64,000 bases of DNA from Mobula hypostoma. Taxonomy: Eukaryota. Numbering within the stretch: position 1 is the stretch's first letter; each line of letters opens with the position of its first letter. The notes beneath the pieces were generated by a model. It had not been told where the DNA came from. It did not search any database and worked only from the letters and a program-made list of their open reading frames with translations. This document shows positions 37,879-50,629 of this stretch, in pieces. The stretch spans positions 44,394,001-44,458,000 of the forward strand of contig NC_086097.1 in assembly GCF_963921235.1 (NCBI RefSeq). Reading direction: 5' to 3'. The translations under genes were made by a program, and so were the position numbers.

Positions 37879-40800
37879 GTAAAGTTTCTGGATAATATAT
37901 AACATAACATTAAGTATGTGTAAACATGCTAAGTACTTTTCAGATGGCCACATTTTCAAGCCATTTCACTGGCTCTGGATAATTTGGACAATGAAAATGC
38001 ATATATCAGGATGCTCTTCATTGAATACAGCTCGGCATTCAACACTATCACTCCTCAAAACTAATCACTAAGCTCCAAGACCTGGGCCCTCATACCTCTT
38101 TGTGCAACTGGATCCTCAATTTTCTCACTTGCAGACTCGTCAAAACTGATTGGCAACAACGTCTCCACAATCACCATCAGCACAGCTGCAATAGAAGGCT
38201 GTGTGCTTAGCCCCCTGCTCTATTCGCTTTATACTTATGACTGGCTAAGCACAACTCCAATGCCATAATTTCATGTGCTGATGACACCACTGTGGTTGAC
38301 TGAATCAAAGGTGATGACTAATCAGCATATAGAAAAAAAGATTGAAAAATGGTTGAATGGTACCACAACAATAACCCATAAGACCATAAGATATAGGAGC
38401 AGAATTAGGCCATTTTGCCTCTCGAGTCTGCTCTGCTATTTCATCATGGCTGATCCGTTTTCTCTGTCGGCCCCATCTCTTTCCTTATCCCCATAACCCT
38501 TCATGCCCTGATCAATCAAGACTCCTGTCAACCTCTGCCCTGAATATATGTAAAGTCTTGGTGTCCACAGCCACCTTTGGCAATGAAATCCACAGGTTCC
38601 CTGCTCTCTGGCAAAAGAAATTCCTCCTAATGTCCATTCTAAAAGTACACTCCTCTATTCTGACGTATCATCCTCTGGTCCTAGATTCTCTCACCATAGG
38701 AAACATTCTCTCCACATCCACTCTATCGAGGCCTTTCAACAATCAATAGGTTTCATTTAGTTCACACCTCATTCTTCTGAATTCCAGTGAGTACAGGCCC
38801 AGAGCCATCAAATGCTCTTCAGGTGACGAGTTGTTCAATCCTGGAATCATTTTCGTGAACCTCCTTTGAACCTTCTCTTTTCTAAGATGAGGGTCCCAAA
38901 ACTGCTCACAATACTCCAAGTGAGGATTCAACAGTGCCTTATAAAGTCTCAAGATTACATCCTTGCTCTTACATTCTAGCCCTCTTGAAATGAATGCTAA
39001 CATCGTATTTATCTTCCTTACCACCAACTCAGCCTGTAAATTAGCCTTTAAGGAATCCTGCAGAAGGACTCAGAAGTCCCTTTGTACCTCCGATTTTTGA
39101 ATTTTCTCTCCATTTAGAAAATAGTCTACCCGTTTATTTCTTCTACCAATGTGTATGACTGTACACTTCCTGACACTATTCCATCTGCCTATTCCTTGCC
39201 CATTCTCCTAATCAGTTTAGGTTCTTCTATAGCGCCTCTACTTTCTCAAAACTGCCTTCCCCTCTGCCTATCTTCGTACCATCAACAACCTTTGCAACAA
39301 AGCTTTTGGTACTGTCATCCAAGTCACTGACATATAACTTAAAAAGAAGTGGTCCCAACACAGACCCCTTTGGAACACCACTAGTCATGGTAGCCGACCA
39401 GAAAAGGCTCCCCTTATTCCCAACCTTGGCCTCCTGCCAACTAGCCACTGCTGTATTCATCCTTGTATTTTTGGGCTGTTAAGCAGCCTCATGTATGGCA
39501 CCTTGTCAAAGGCCTTCTGAAAATCCAAGTACACAACATCCACTGATTCTCTTTTGTTTCTCCTGCTTATTATTTCTTCAAAGAATTCCAGCAGATTTGT
39601 CAGGCAAATTTTCCCTTGAGGAAACCATGCTGACTATGGCCTATTTTATCATGTGCCTCCAAGTATCCCAAAACCACATCGTAAACAATCAACTCCAACA
39701 TCTTCCCAACCACTGAGGTCAGACTAACTGGCCTATCATTTCCTTTCTTTTGCTTCTGTCCCTTCTTGAAGAGTGGAGTGGACTGACATTTGCAATTTTC
39801 GAGTCTTTTGGAACCATTCCAGAATTTAGTGATTCTTGAAAGATCATTACTAATGCCTCCACAATATCTTCAGCCACCTCTTTCAGAACCCTGGGATGCA
39901 CTCCATCTGATCCAGGTGACTTATCTATCTGCAGAACTTTCAGTTTTCCAAGAGCCTTCTCCCTAGTAATGGCAACTTCACACACTTAATTCCCCCAGCA
40001 CCTGGAACTTCCACCATACTGCTAGTATCTTCCACAGTGATGACTGCTCCAAAATACTTACTCAGTTCAACGACTATTTTGTTGTCCCCCATTACTACCT
40101 CTCCAGCATTGTTTTCCAAAGGTCTGATATCCACTTTTGCCTCTCTTTTACACTTTATGTATCTAAAGAAACTTTTGGTATCTTCTTTATATTATTGGCT
40201 AGCTTACTTTTGTATTCCATCTTCACCTTAATGACTTTTTTGTTGCCTTCTGTTGAATTTTAAAAGCTTCCCAATTCTCAACTTCCCACTAATTTTTTCT
40301 CTACTATATGCCCTCTCTTTGGCTTTAATGTTGGCTTTGACTTCCCTTGCCCAAGCTACACACTCTCCCTGCCCCTGAAGCCTTCTCCCTTCTCTCTGCT
40401 GAGTGTGTGTGCTCCAAGTCCCCCAGCTTTGGAGTATCCTGCCTCCATGTGGATGACCACCCTCCCCTGCCTGTCTGTGACTGCAGGTCGTGTTACATCA
40501 AGGCAAAGTTGCTGGACCGGACAGTATCAGCCCCAGGGTACGGAAGGCCCGTGCAAACCAGCTGTCTGGTATTTTGCAGCACCTTTACAATCTGAGTCTG
40601 AGTCAGGAAAAGATACTGGTGCTATGGAAGACTTTGTGCTTGGTTCTTGTACCCAAGAAGGCAACCCTATCTGAACTTAATGACTACAGACCAGTTGCCT
40701 TTACGTCTCATAATAAAGGTACTGGAGAGGCTGGTCCTGACTTAACTTGGGCCGCAGGTGAGATCTTCATTGGACCCTCTACAGTTTGCCTGTCCATCTC

Positions 40801-41518
40801 GTGGGAGTGGATGATGCCATCATCTACCTTGCAGAGAGCTCACTCCCACCAGGATGATGCTGCTGGCATTGTGAGAATCATATTTTTTGATTTCTCTAGT
40901 GCTTTCAATACAATTTACCCACTTCTTCTGAGTGAGAAGCTACAAAGGATTGGAGTAGACAAGTGCACTGTCTACTGGATTACTGACTACCTGACAGATA
41001 GACCCCAGTTTGTACGGCTGGGTAGTTCTCTGTCTGAGATGGTGGTGAGTGGCTATGAAGTGCCACAAAGGACTGTCCTGTCTCCGTTTCTGTTCACACT
41101 GAACACCTCAGTCTTTCAGTACAAATCTGAGTCTTGTCACTTGCAGAAGTTCTCTGATGACTCTGCGGTGGTTGGGTGTATCAGGGATGGGTAGGAGTTG
41201 GAGTACAGAGGATTGAAGGACACGTTTGTGGAGTGGTGCAGGAGGAATCACCTGCTCGTGAATGTGGCCAAAACCAGGGGGATGGTGATTGATTTTAGGA
41301 GGAAGAGGACTGTGACGAGTCCTGTATACATTCTGGGAGAAGAAGTTGCGGTGCTGGAGGAGTACAAATACTTGGGTGTTCACCTCGACAACGAACTTGA
41401 CTGGAAAACCAACACCAGGGCCGTTTACAATAAGGGGAGAGCAGACTCTATTTTCTAAGGAAGCTGAAATCCTTCGATGTGTGCAGCAGGATGTTGGAGA
41501 TCCTTTACCAGTTTGTTC

Positions 41519-41556
41519 TAGTCCTGACGAAGGGTCTCGGCCTGAAACGTCGACTG
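41519..41556 (+). ncRNA. Minimal type I hammerhead ribozyme motif, intact core
   Basis: TAGTC-CTGACGA-agggtctcggcct-GAAA-CGTC-GACTG; the predicted cleavage is after GUC at 41551. Confidence 0.75.
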
Positions 41557-41654
41557 CACCTCTTCCTACAGATGCTGCCTGGCCTGCTGCGTTCACCAGC
41601 AACTTTGATGTGTGTTGCTTGAATTTCCAGCATCTGCAGAATTCCTGTTGTTTG
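41523..41654 (+). mobile_element. 132-bp Penelope-derived short element beginning at a hammerhead motif
   Basis: 9-bp TSD TGTTCTAGT at 41514-41522 and 41655-41663. Nearly identical to the reverse complements of 54129-54260 and 54769-54901. Confidence 0.9.
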
Positions 41655-42389
41655 TGTTCTAGTGAGTGCAGTTTTTGCAGGTTTATATTGGGGAGCAGCA
41701 TCAGCCCTGGAGATGCAAAAAGGCTAAATAACTCATTAAAGAGGATGGATCCGTCCTTGGCTACAACCCAGAATCTCTTAAGTTAGTGGTGGAGAGGAGG
41801 TCACTAAACAAACTGTTATCATCATGGACAATCAGGCACATCCTCTCCATGACCTACTGAATAGGTAGCAGAGTACCCTTTCAAACAGGCTCATTCAGCT
41901 CCACTGTCACAAGGATCGTTACGGAAAATCTTTCCTAGCAAACGCAGTAAGCATATACAGCAGTTCATCTCTGTGCGACAGGAGAGTACACATTTATAGT
42001 ACAATATATTTTATTATTTTGTACATTATTATTGCACATTAAATTATAAGTATATATTTTTATTATCTTTAGTATTAATTAATATTATATTAATTATCAT
42101 TTATTATTATTGCTAAGTGTGTTTTTAAATGTTGCTGTTATAACAAAATAATTTCCCACTCGGGATCAATAAAGTACTTTATTATTGTTAGCCAAGGTTG
42201 TGTCATTTTGCTTTTAGAATACTTCTTCCTCTTTGGGATGTATATATCCTGTGCCTTTCAAATTGCTTCAGAAATTCCAGCCATTGCTGCTCTGCCATTA
42301 TCCGTACCAGTGTTCTTTTCCAATCAATTTTGGCTACCTCCTCTCTCATGCCTCTGTAATTCCCTTTTCTCCACTGTAATACTGATATA

Positions 42390-44303
42390 GAAACAAAAAA
42401 TATACAGCACAATACAGGCCCTTCGGCCCAGAAAGTTGTGCCGAACATGTTCCTACCTTAGAACTGCTTAAGCTTTACCCATAGCCCTCTATTTTTCTAA
42501 GCTCCATGTAGCCATCCAGGAGTCTCTTAAAAGACCCTATCGTTTCCGCCTCCACCACCGCCGCCGGCAGCCCTTTCCACGTACTCACCACTCTCTGTAA
42601 AAAAACTTACCTCTGACATCTCCTCTATACCTGCTTCTAAGCACCTTAAAACTATGCCCTCTCATGCCAGCCATTTCAGTCCTGGGGAAAAGCCTCTGAC
42701 TATCCACATGATCAATGCCTCTCAGTATCTTGCACACGTTTATCAGGTCACCTCTCATCTTCTGTTGCTCCAAGGGGAAAAGGCTGAGTTTACTCAACCT
42801 ATTCTCATAAGGCATGCTCCCCAAACCAGGCAACATCCTTATAAATCTCCTCTGCACCCTTTCTGTGGTTTCCACGTCCTTCCTATAGTGAGGCAACCAG
42901 AAATGAGCACAGTACTCCAAGTGGGGTCCGACCAGGGTCCTATCTTGCTGCAACATTACCTCTTGGCTCTTAAACTCAATCCCACGATTGATGAAGGCCA
43001 ATGCACCGAATGCCTTCTTAACCACAGCATCAACCTGCGCAGCAGCTTTCAGTGTCCTATGGTCTTGGACCCCAAGATCCTCTGATCCTCCACACTGCCA
43101 CGAGTCTTACCATTAATACTATATTCTGCCATCATATTTGACCTACCAAAATGAACCACCTCACGCTTTTCTGGGTTGAACTCCATCTGCCACTTCTCAG
43201 CCCAGTTTTGCATCCTATCAATGTCCTGTTGTAACCTCTGACAGCCCTCCACACTATCCACAACACCCCCAACCTTTGTGTTATCAGCAAATTTACTAAG
43301 CCATCCTCCACTTCCTCATCCAGGTCATTTCTAAAAATCACAAAGAGTGAGAATCCCAGAACAGATCCCTGAGGCACACTACCGGTCACTGACCTCCATG
43401 CAGAAAGTGACCCATCTACAACCACTCTTTGCCTTCTGTGGGCAAGCCAGTTCTGGATCCACAAAGCAATGTCCCCTTGGATCCCATGCCTCCTTACTTT
43501 CTCAATAAGCCTTGCATGGGGTACCTTATCAAATGCCTTGCGAAAATCCGTATACACTACATCTACAGCTCTACCTTCGTCAGTGTGCTTAGTCACATCC
43601 TCAAAAAATTCAATCAGGCTCGTAAGGCACGACTTGCCTTTGACAAGGCCATGCTGACTATTCCTAATCATATTATGCCTCTCCAAATGTTCATAAATCC
43701 TGCCTCTCAGGATCTTCATCAACTTACCAACCACTGAAGTAAGACTCACTGGCCTATAATTTCCTGAGCTATCCCTACTCCCTTTCTTGAATAAGGGAAT
43801 AACACCCGCAACCCTCCAATCCTCCGGAACCTACCTCTCCCATCCTCATTGATGATGCAGAGATCATTGCCAGAGGCTCAGCAATCTCCACCCTCGCTTC
43901 TCACAGTAGCCTGGGGTACATCCTGTCCGGCCCCGGTGACTTATCCAACTTGATGCTTTCCAAAAGCTCCAGCACATCCTCTTCCTTAATATCTACATGC
44001 TCAAGCTTTTCAGTCCACTGCAAGTCATCCCTACAATGGCCAACATCCTTTTCCATAGCGAATACTGAAGCAAAGTATTCATTAAGTACCTCTGCTATTT
44101 CCTCCGGTTCCATACACACTTTTCCATTGTCACACTTGATTGGTCGTATTCTCTCACATCTTATCCTCTTGCTCTTCACATACTTATAGAATGCCTTGGG
44201 GTTTTCCTTAATCCTGTCCGCCATCGCCTTCTCATGGCCCCTTCTGGCTCTCTTAATTTCATTCTTAAGCTTCTTCCTGCTAGCCTGACTTTTTTATTTA
44301 TAT
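42390..44303 (-). mobile_element. Younger CR1 LINE, 5'-truncated, inserted in the older CR1
   Basis: 11-bp TSD ATACTGATATA at 42379-42389 and 44304-44314. RT ORFs at 42585-43025, 43132-43749 and 43901-44224. Confidence 0.92.
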
Positions 44304-46117
44304 ATACTGATATATCTGACTTTTGCTTCTCCTCCTTAAATTTCAGGGTGAAATCGATCATATTATGATCACTTTCCCCTAAGGGTTCTTTTACCTTAAG
44401 CTTTCTAATCAATTCCGGTTCATTGCCCAACACCCAAGTGACTGTTGCAACATTGCCCTTCTGGCATGCATTTTCAATGTCCAGTTTTAGTTTGTATATC
44501 ACATCCTTACTACTGTTTGGGGGTCTGTATATAACTCCCTTCAGGACCTTGCAGTTCCTTAGCTCTACCCACAATGCTTCAACACCTTCTGACTCTATGT
44601 CACCTCTTTCTAATGATTTGATTTCATTTTACCAGCAGCCACGCCACCCCCTCTGCCTGCCTGTCTATCTTTTTGACATTAAGCTCCCAGCTCTAACCTA
44701 CTTTAGGCCATGATTTACTGATCATGACTATCAGCAAAATCAAAGAACTAATTATTGAAGACAAGAGGAAGTAGCCAGAGGTCAATGAGACAGTTCTCAT
44801 TAGCGGATTGGAGGTGGAGAGGGGCAGTGACTTTAAATTTCTTGGCATTATCTTATCAGAGAATCTGTCCTGGGACCAGTCATAAATACCATCACAAAGA
44901 AAGCATGGCAGAGCCTCTAGTAGAAGTTTCCACAGATTTGAAATGTCATCTAAAACATTAACAAACTTCTGTAGATGCACATTGGAGAATATCCTTACTG
45001 GTTGCATCATGGCCTGATATGGAAACACCAATGCCCAAGAATGGAAAAGCCTACAAAAAGTGGGGGACACAATTCAGTCCATCACAGGTAAAGCCCTCTC
45101 CGACATTGTGCACATCTACAAGTAGCGCAGCCACAAGAAAGCAGAATCCATCGTCGAAGACACCCACCAGCTATTACCCTTCAACCAATAGACTCCTGAA
45201 CTAGGATGGATAACTTTAGTCACCTCAACTCTGAACTTATTCCTTAGTCTATGGGCTCATTTTCAAGAACTCGAGAACTCATGTTCTCCATAGTATTTAT
45301 TACTTACATTTTTAAAAAATATATATCATTTGCATATTGTTTGTCAGTCTTTGTGTGTAGTTTTTCTCTCTTCTACAGTGAATGCCTGCAAGAATGTCAA
45401 TGTGACAAATACGTACAATGATAATAAATTTACTTTGAACTTTAAATTTTTACAAAATCTTCCTCTAGTTTTAGAGAGAGATTTAGTTTCAATATCTTTA
45501 ATGCTTTTGTAATCCCTTTTCTCCACTGATTAAATAAGCAAGGTAAATTTATTATAAAACTACATATATACCACCATATGGTACCTATTCATTTTCTTGC
45601 AGGAAAATAAAGAAATACAGTAGAATCTGTGAAAACTATGCATAAACAAAAACTGACAAACAACCAATGTGCAAAAGAAGACAAGTTTATTTGAATCCAG
45701 GGAATATTATTAATCACTCTTGTTTACCTTATTCAATTCCAAATCCTTAAATTATTTGTACACTTTAAAGACTTTTAACATTAGAAAGATGTGGGGTAAC
45801 CTTATTTTGCTTCAGACTTTTCTGTTCAATTTAACAAATAGCAGTATACAATAGTCTGTATTGGTATGCAGAAAAGTAATAGCATTTTATCCAATAATAA
45901 AGTTCTATAATATATATAACTTCACCTTGAATAGTAGAACTGAATGTAAAATTGTTGCTATCGCACTTTTGCTCAATGCTTGAGGTGCTTCTTACTATAG
46001 ATTAGTATGAGCTTTAAAAGGAAAGCTTTTGCCGTTTTCTAAATTTGTATCTTTATTATACCAGGGTAATTTGATCACTTTGTGATACAGAGTGATCTGA
46101 AGTTGGGTCCCAATTTA

Positions 46118-46749
46118 CGAGGGGTGATTGATAAGTTCGTGGCCTAAGCTAGAAGAAGTCAATTTTAGAAAACCTAGCACATTTATTTTTCCTACATTTA
46201 CACACTTAGTCCATTGGCTGTGGAGCATATGGATCCCCTCTTTGTAGAAGCTGGCATCTTGGACCTCCAGAAGTGGTCCACAGCAGGGGTGATTGATAAG
46301 TTTGTGGCCTAGGGTAGAAGGAGATGAGTTATTAACTTAAAACTTTCTGCATTTTCACTCAAAGGATTGAACTGCATGTGCATGTAACAAGAGCTGTATA
46401 ACTCATCTCCTTCTACCTTAGGCTACGGACTTATCAATCACCCCTGCTGTGGACCACCTGGAGGTCCAGGACGCTCTCGTTACAAGCACGTGCAGTTCAA
46501 CTCTTTGAGTGAAAATGCAGAAAGTTTGAAGTTAATAACTCATCTCTTTCTACTTTAGGCCACAAACTTATCAATCACCTCTACTGTGGACCACTTCTGG
46601 AGGTCCAAGATGCCGACTTCTACAAGGAAGGGATCCGTATGCCCCATGACCACTGGACTAAGTCTGTAAATGTAGGAAAAATAAATGTACTAGGTTTTCT
46701 AAAATTGACTCCTTCTACCTTAGGCCACGAACTTATCAATCACCCCTTG
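46118..46749. mobile_element. Palindromic mariner-derived MITE (632 bp)
   Basis: TA dinucleotides at 46116-46117 and 46750-46751. TIR CGAGGGGTGATTGATAAGTTCGTGGCCTAAG at both ends. Inverted arms of ~275 bp. Mariner transposase C-terminus DFYKEGIRMPHDHWTKSVNVG at ~46615-46677. Confidence 0.92.
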
Positions 46750-47127
46750 TAAGTTTGTTTTACCTTGCATGACAAGATTTATAAGTTAGTTTTATAGCAA
46801 GAATGTCAGGGAGTGCAGCGGTTTAGATTGGAGGGTGAACTGATTTCCACAATTTTGACAATCTTTTAAGAGTCAAATCATAGAGTTATACAGCACATTA
46901 TAGGTTTTTACAATAGCATCACCGCTAATTTGAAGATTTATTAGCTATCTGTTTTAAAATTAATTTTATTTCATTTCTATTAAAATTACTTTATAACATT
47001 CTATAAGCTGTAGAGTCACCACTTAATGGACTGGAAGATCGTGTGCAATACCAGAGAGGGGAAAATGGCAAAAATCATCAATGAAATATATATAACTATT
47101 TACAAGCTCCTACTTTTTTTAATTCAG

Positions 47128-47341
47128 GAAGAAATTGATGCTGCTGTAAAGGAATTGCTGGCACTGAAGCTGAATTATAAAACATTGACAGGTCAAGAGT
47201 ATAAGGTTGGCATCCCACCTACTAACTGCACACCAGTTAACAGTAATTGCCCAGCCACTGAAGAAGATGATGGCGACTACGTCGATCCATGGACAGTACA
47301 GACATCCAGTGCCAAAGGCGTGGACTATGACAAGTTGATAG
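47128..47341 (+). CDS. WARS1: WARS1 coding exon 2 (214 bp)
   Basis: EEIDAAVKELLALK...DYVDPWTVQTSSAKGVDYDKLI; AG/GT boundaries with consistent phase. Confidence 0.97.
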
Positions 47342-47979
47342 GTAAATATCAATTTATTTTTCATAAATAATATATAATTTTCCCTATTTTATTATAGTGA
47401 AATGTATATTATGCTCTAGTTGGAAATAAAAATATAACAAAAAAATAAGGCTTTTATATTACATTAATATTTACTGAAATTTTGACAGTAAAGGCAGCAG
47501 TGAAACTGTTGATAATTGTAAAATTGCAGGTGGCTCTCTGCTGTACATTTTTGAGAGGAACCTGCCATCCCTACTGGGTTGAACTGAGTTTTTGATTCTT
47601 AACTGGCCAAACAAACCATTGAATTATATCAAACTATTACAGTTGCAAACAGCATTGCAGAGCATCTCTACCACAAGACAACTGTGGTACAGAAAGGTGT
47701 CCCCCAACTAATTTGTCAGGATAGCAAGGAATTGTCCATAATGCTGACTTCAAGTGGCAGTCACAACCCAAGAATGAATGTTTGAAAAAGTACCTGATGA
47801 CTTCGACCAATTATATGTAGGAACAACTGAATAGGATTTAGTACGTATAAATTCATTGGTGAGCTTAGAATGCAAAATGGTGTGTAACATGGACAAGTTG
47901 CTTTCATGGGAAATTTGCTCTGATGAGTGGACTGTATTCCATGGAAAAAAACCATACGTGACAGTTTGGAAATGGGTTA

Positions 47980-48558
47980 CCATAAGACATAGGAGCAGAA
48001 TTAGGCCATCTGGCCCATCGACTCTGCTCCGCCATTCAATCATGGCTGATCCTTTTTTCCTATCTCCTCCTCAACCCCAGTTCCCAGCCTTCTCCCCGTA
48101 ACCTTTGATGCCATGTCCAATCAAGAATCTATCAATCTCTGCCTTAAATACACCCAACGGCCTGACCTCTTCAGCTGCATGTGGCAACAAATTCCACAAA
48201 TTCACCACCCTCTAGCTAAAGAAATTTCACCGCAACTCTGTTTTGAAAGGGCGTACCTCTATCCTGAGGCTGCGCCCTCTTGTCCAAGACTCTCCCACCA
48301 TGGGAAACATCCTTTCCATATCGTCTAGGCCTTTCAACATTCGAAAGGTTTCAATGAGATCTCCCCTCATCCTTCTGAATTCCAGCAGGTACAGACCCAG
48401 AGCTATCAAATGTTCCTCGTATGGTAACCCTTTCATTCCTGGAATCATCCTCGAGAACCTCCTCTGGACCCTCTCTAATGCCAGCATATCTTTTTTAAGA
48501 TGAGGGTCCAAAACTGTTCACAATACTCAAGGTGAGGCCTCACCAGTGCCTTATAAAG
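47980..48558 (-). mobile_element. CR1 LINE 3' fragment
   Basis: ORF 48227-48511 has LERVQRRFSRMIPGMKGLPYEE; CR1 tail at ~47980. Confidence 0.9.
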
Positions 48559-48829
48559 TAGAAAACTGTTTCAAGGCACTTAAAATTCTCAGAATACAGT
48601 AGTTTGTTATCATATACAGGCATTTCTCCCTTACTGAGCATTGGCAATTGCCTTTGGGCATTATTATTGATGACAATGGAACTTAATTGTAGCAATTTGC
48701 TATACAGAGCAAGAAAATAACTTTAGTCTTATCATTTAACTATTATTTGGGTTATTTAATATCTGTATCATGATACTGTAATGTTGCATTGCTTTAGCAT
48801 AATAATTGTGAAAACTTCATTATTTTCAG

Positions 48830-48938
48830 TTCGGTTTGGAAGCAGCAAAATTGATCAGGCATTGATTGAACGGTTAGAACAACTCACTGGTCAAAAAGCT
48901 CATTACTTTCTCCGAAGAGGAATCTTCTTTTCTCATCG
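48830..48938 (+). CDS. WARS1: WARS1 coding exon 3 (109 bp)
   Basis: [41 protein letters not shown] boundaries. Confidence 0.97.
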
Positions 48939-49734
48939 GTTGGCAAGTTTTTTTAAATCTCTATTCAGTGAAAAATCAATGATGAGAATCATTCTATAAA
49001 ATGTATGTTTTAGTCACAACCAGGGAACAGTCTATTTAAGTTATTACAATGACAAGTGACATTTTCTAAATTTGTCCATGCAGTAGATTTTCTTTAATTT
49101 TGAGCTACTTTTCCAGTTCCAAGCAAATTGCTTCAAATGTTGGAAATCTGAATTAAAAACAGGAAATGCTGGAAGTACATGACACATTAAGCAGTATTGT
49201 GATAAGAGAAATAACTGGATTTGTTTAGATGGAAGATTACTCTATTTCCTTCTCCATATATTATACTTGATCTTAGTATTTCTACATTGTTTCTTTTTGC
49301 AGATTGTGCACATTTTTGTGGGGAATTTTTCAATATCTTTTGATTCTGCTTTATGTTACTGTGTTTGCTTTATACTTTATCCCTGCATTCTGTTTGGAGG
49401 GGAAAGCCACATGCTATCATAATATACATCTTTTGTGTTGGTAATTGCTATAAACTGTCACTTTAGTAAAAAATAATTAGTGTATTCTTAAAAACTCTTT
49501 TACCATTACTGGAGACATACATTTAGCCGTTATACTTCAATGTACCTGAAAAAGAACAGGTTTTGCTTTGTAGTGAATATTTATGTCAATATATTAAGGT
49601 ATGGAATGCAATGTAGACTTCAGATAATTGTGATGAATCAATATAATTGCTTCTCAACTCTTTCTAAATAGTTTTTGAGTTGTAAAGCTGTTTTAGTTGT
49701 ATTTTTGAACTTATGAGTTGATCATGTTTTAAAG

Positions 49735-49854
49735 GGATATGCAGCAGATCCTTGATGCTTTTGAAACAAAGAAATCCTTTTACCTGTATACAGGGCGTGG
49801 CCCTTCATCAGAGGCCATGCACGTGGGTCATCTTACCCCATTCATCTTCACAAA
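49735..49854 (+). CDS. WARS1: WARS1 coding exon 4 (120 bp; HIGH motif as HVGH)
   Basis: [40 protein letters not shown]; donor AA|GTAAGT. Confidence 0.97.
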
Positions 49855-50629
49855 GTAAGTACGTCTGCTGAGATAATAACCCCAGAACATGCATCTTATA
49901 CTTAATTGCAGTTATTTTAATATGCATTTGGGAACAGCCATCTAAACTGCTCTATTAATGTCAGCGCATATCTGTGTGACAGAACTACAGATACCATTGA
50001 ACATCTGAATGTTTGCCATAACACTTTACGACGAATTATTGAGAAAATCCATTCTGTATTTTATAACCAGTTTTATAGAGATAGGATATAAAGATTTGCA
50101 TTTATATTGTGCCAATCAAAACCCTTTTAAAACCAACTACAGTTTCTTTTTACAGTCAACTCAGTAATTTGAAAGTGAAATCACTGTTGTAATATAGGAA
50201 TTGCACTTGCCAGTTTGTCCACAGCAAGAACTTTCAAGGAGCAATATGATAATGATTAGAAATATATTTCAGAAATGTGGAGTGAAGGATAGTTATTGGC
50301 TATGACACTACTCTTCAAACTGGGTTTTCTTGTATCCATCTTATTGTGATGTTTCTTATTTAACATCTGAAATATAGAATATAGTTCCTCTGCCATTACC
50401 GTGTGCTGTCGTCACTGCACTGGAGTATTAGCCTACATTTTTGAACTCAAGACTCCTGAATAAATTTAGATAAAACCGTAAGACATAGGAGCCATTCAGC
50501 TCATCAAGTCTATTCCTCCGTTCTATTATGGCTGTTTTGTTACCCCACTCAACTCCTTTTTCCATCATTTCCCTGTAATATTTGACACCCTTACTAATCA
50601 AGAATCTATCAACCTCTGCTTTACATATC

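Larger units (their letters stand above)
40350..42186 (+). mobile_element. Rex1/Babar LINE, 5'-truncated
   Basis: ORF 40490-41194 has LNDYRPVAFTSH, FFDFSSAFNTI and LQKFSDDSAVVG. 3' end GGGATCAATAAAGTA followed by a short TAT-rich tail. Confidence 0.9.
38376..44720 (-). mobile_element. CR1 LINE in three pieces (38376-40349, ~42187-42389, 44304-44720)
   Basis: Tail (CCATAAGA)2 at 38376. ORFs 38743-39027, 39227-39460, 39719-39985, 42203-42448 and 44176-44574 give consecutive ORF2 segments. Confidence 0.88.
37940..45440 (+). mobile_element. Rex1-type LINE (37940-38375 plus ~44725-45440) hosting a nest of later insertions
   Basis: The RT-like sequence breaks at ...CACAACAATAACC and resumes at ATCAGCAAAATCAAAGAACTAATTATTGA (SKxKELII motif). 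Confidence 0.75.

Noticed and set aside
46118..46749. Five ~30-bp repeats with spacers, superficially CRISPR-like
   Set aside because: The repeats are in mixed orientation, the spacers are inverted copies of each other, the unit is TA-flanked with mariner coding remnants, and the context is vertebrate.
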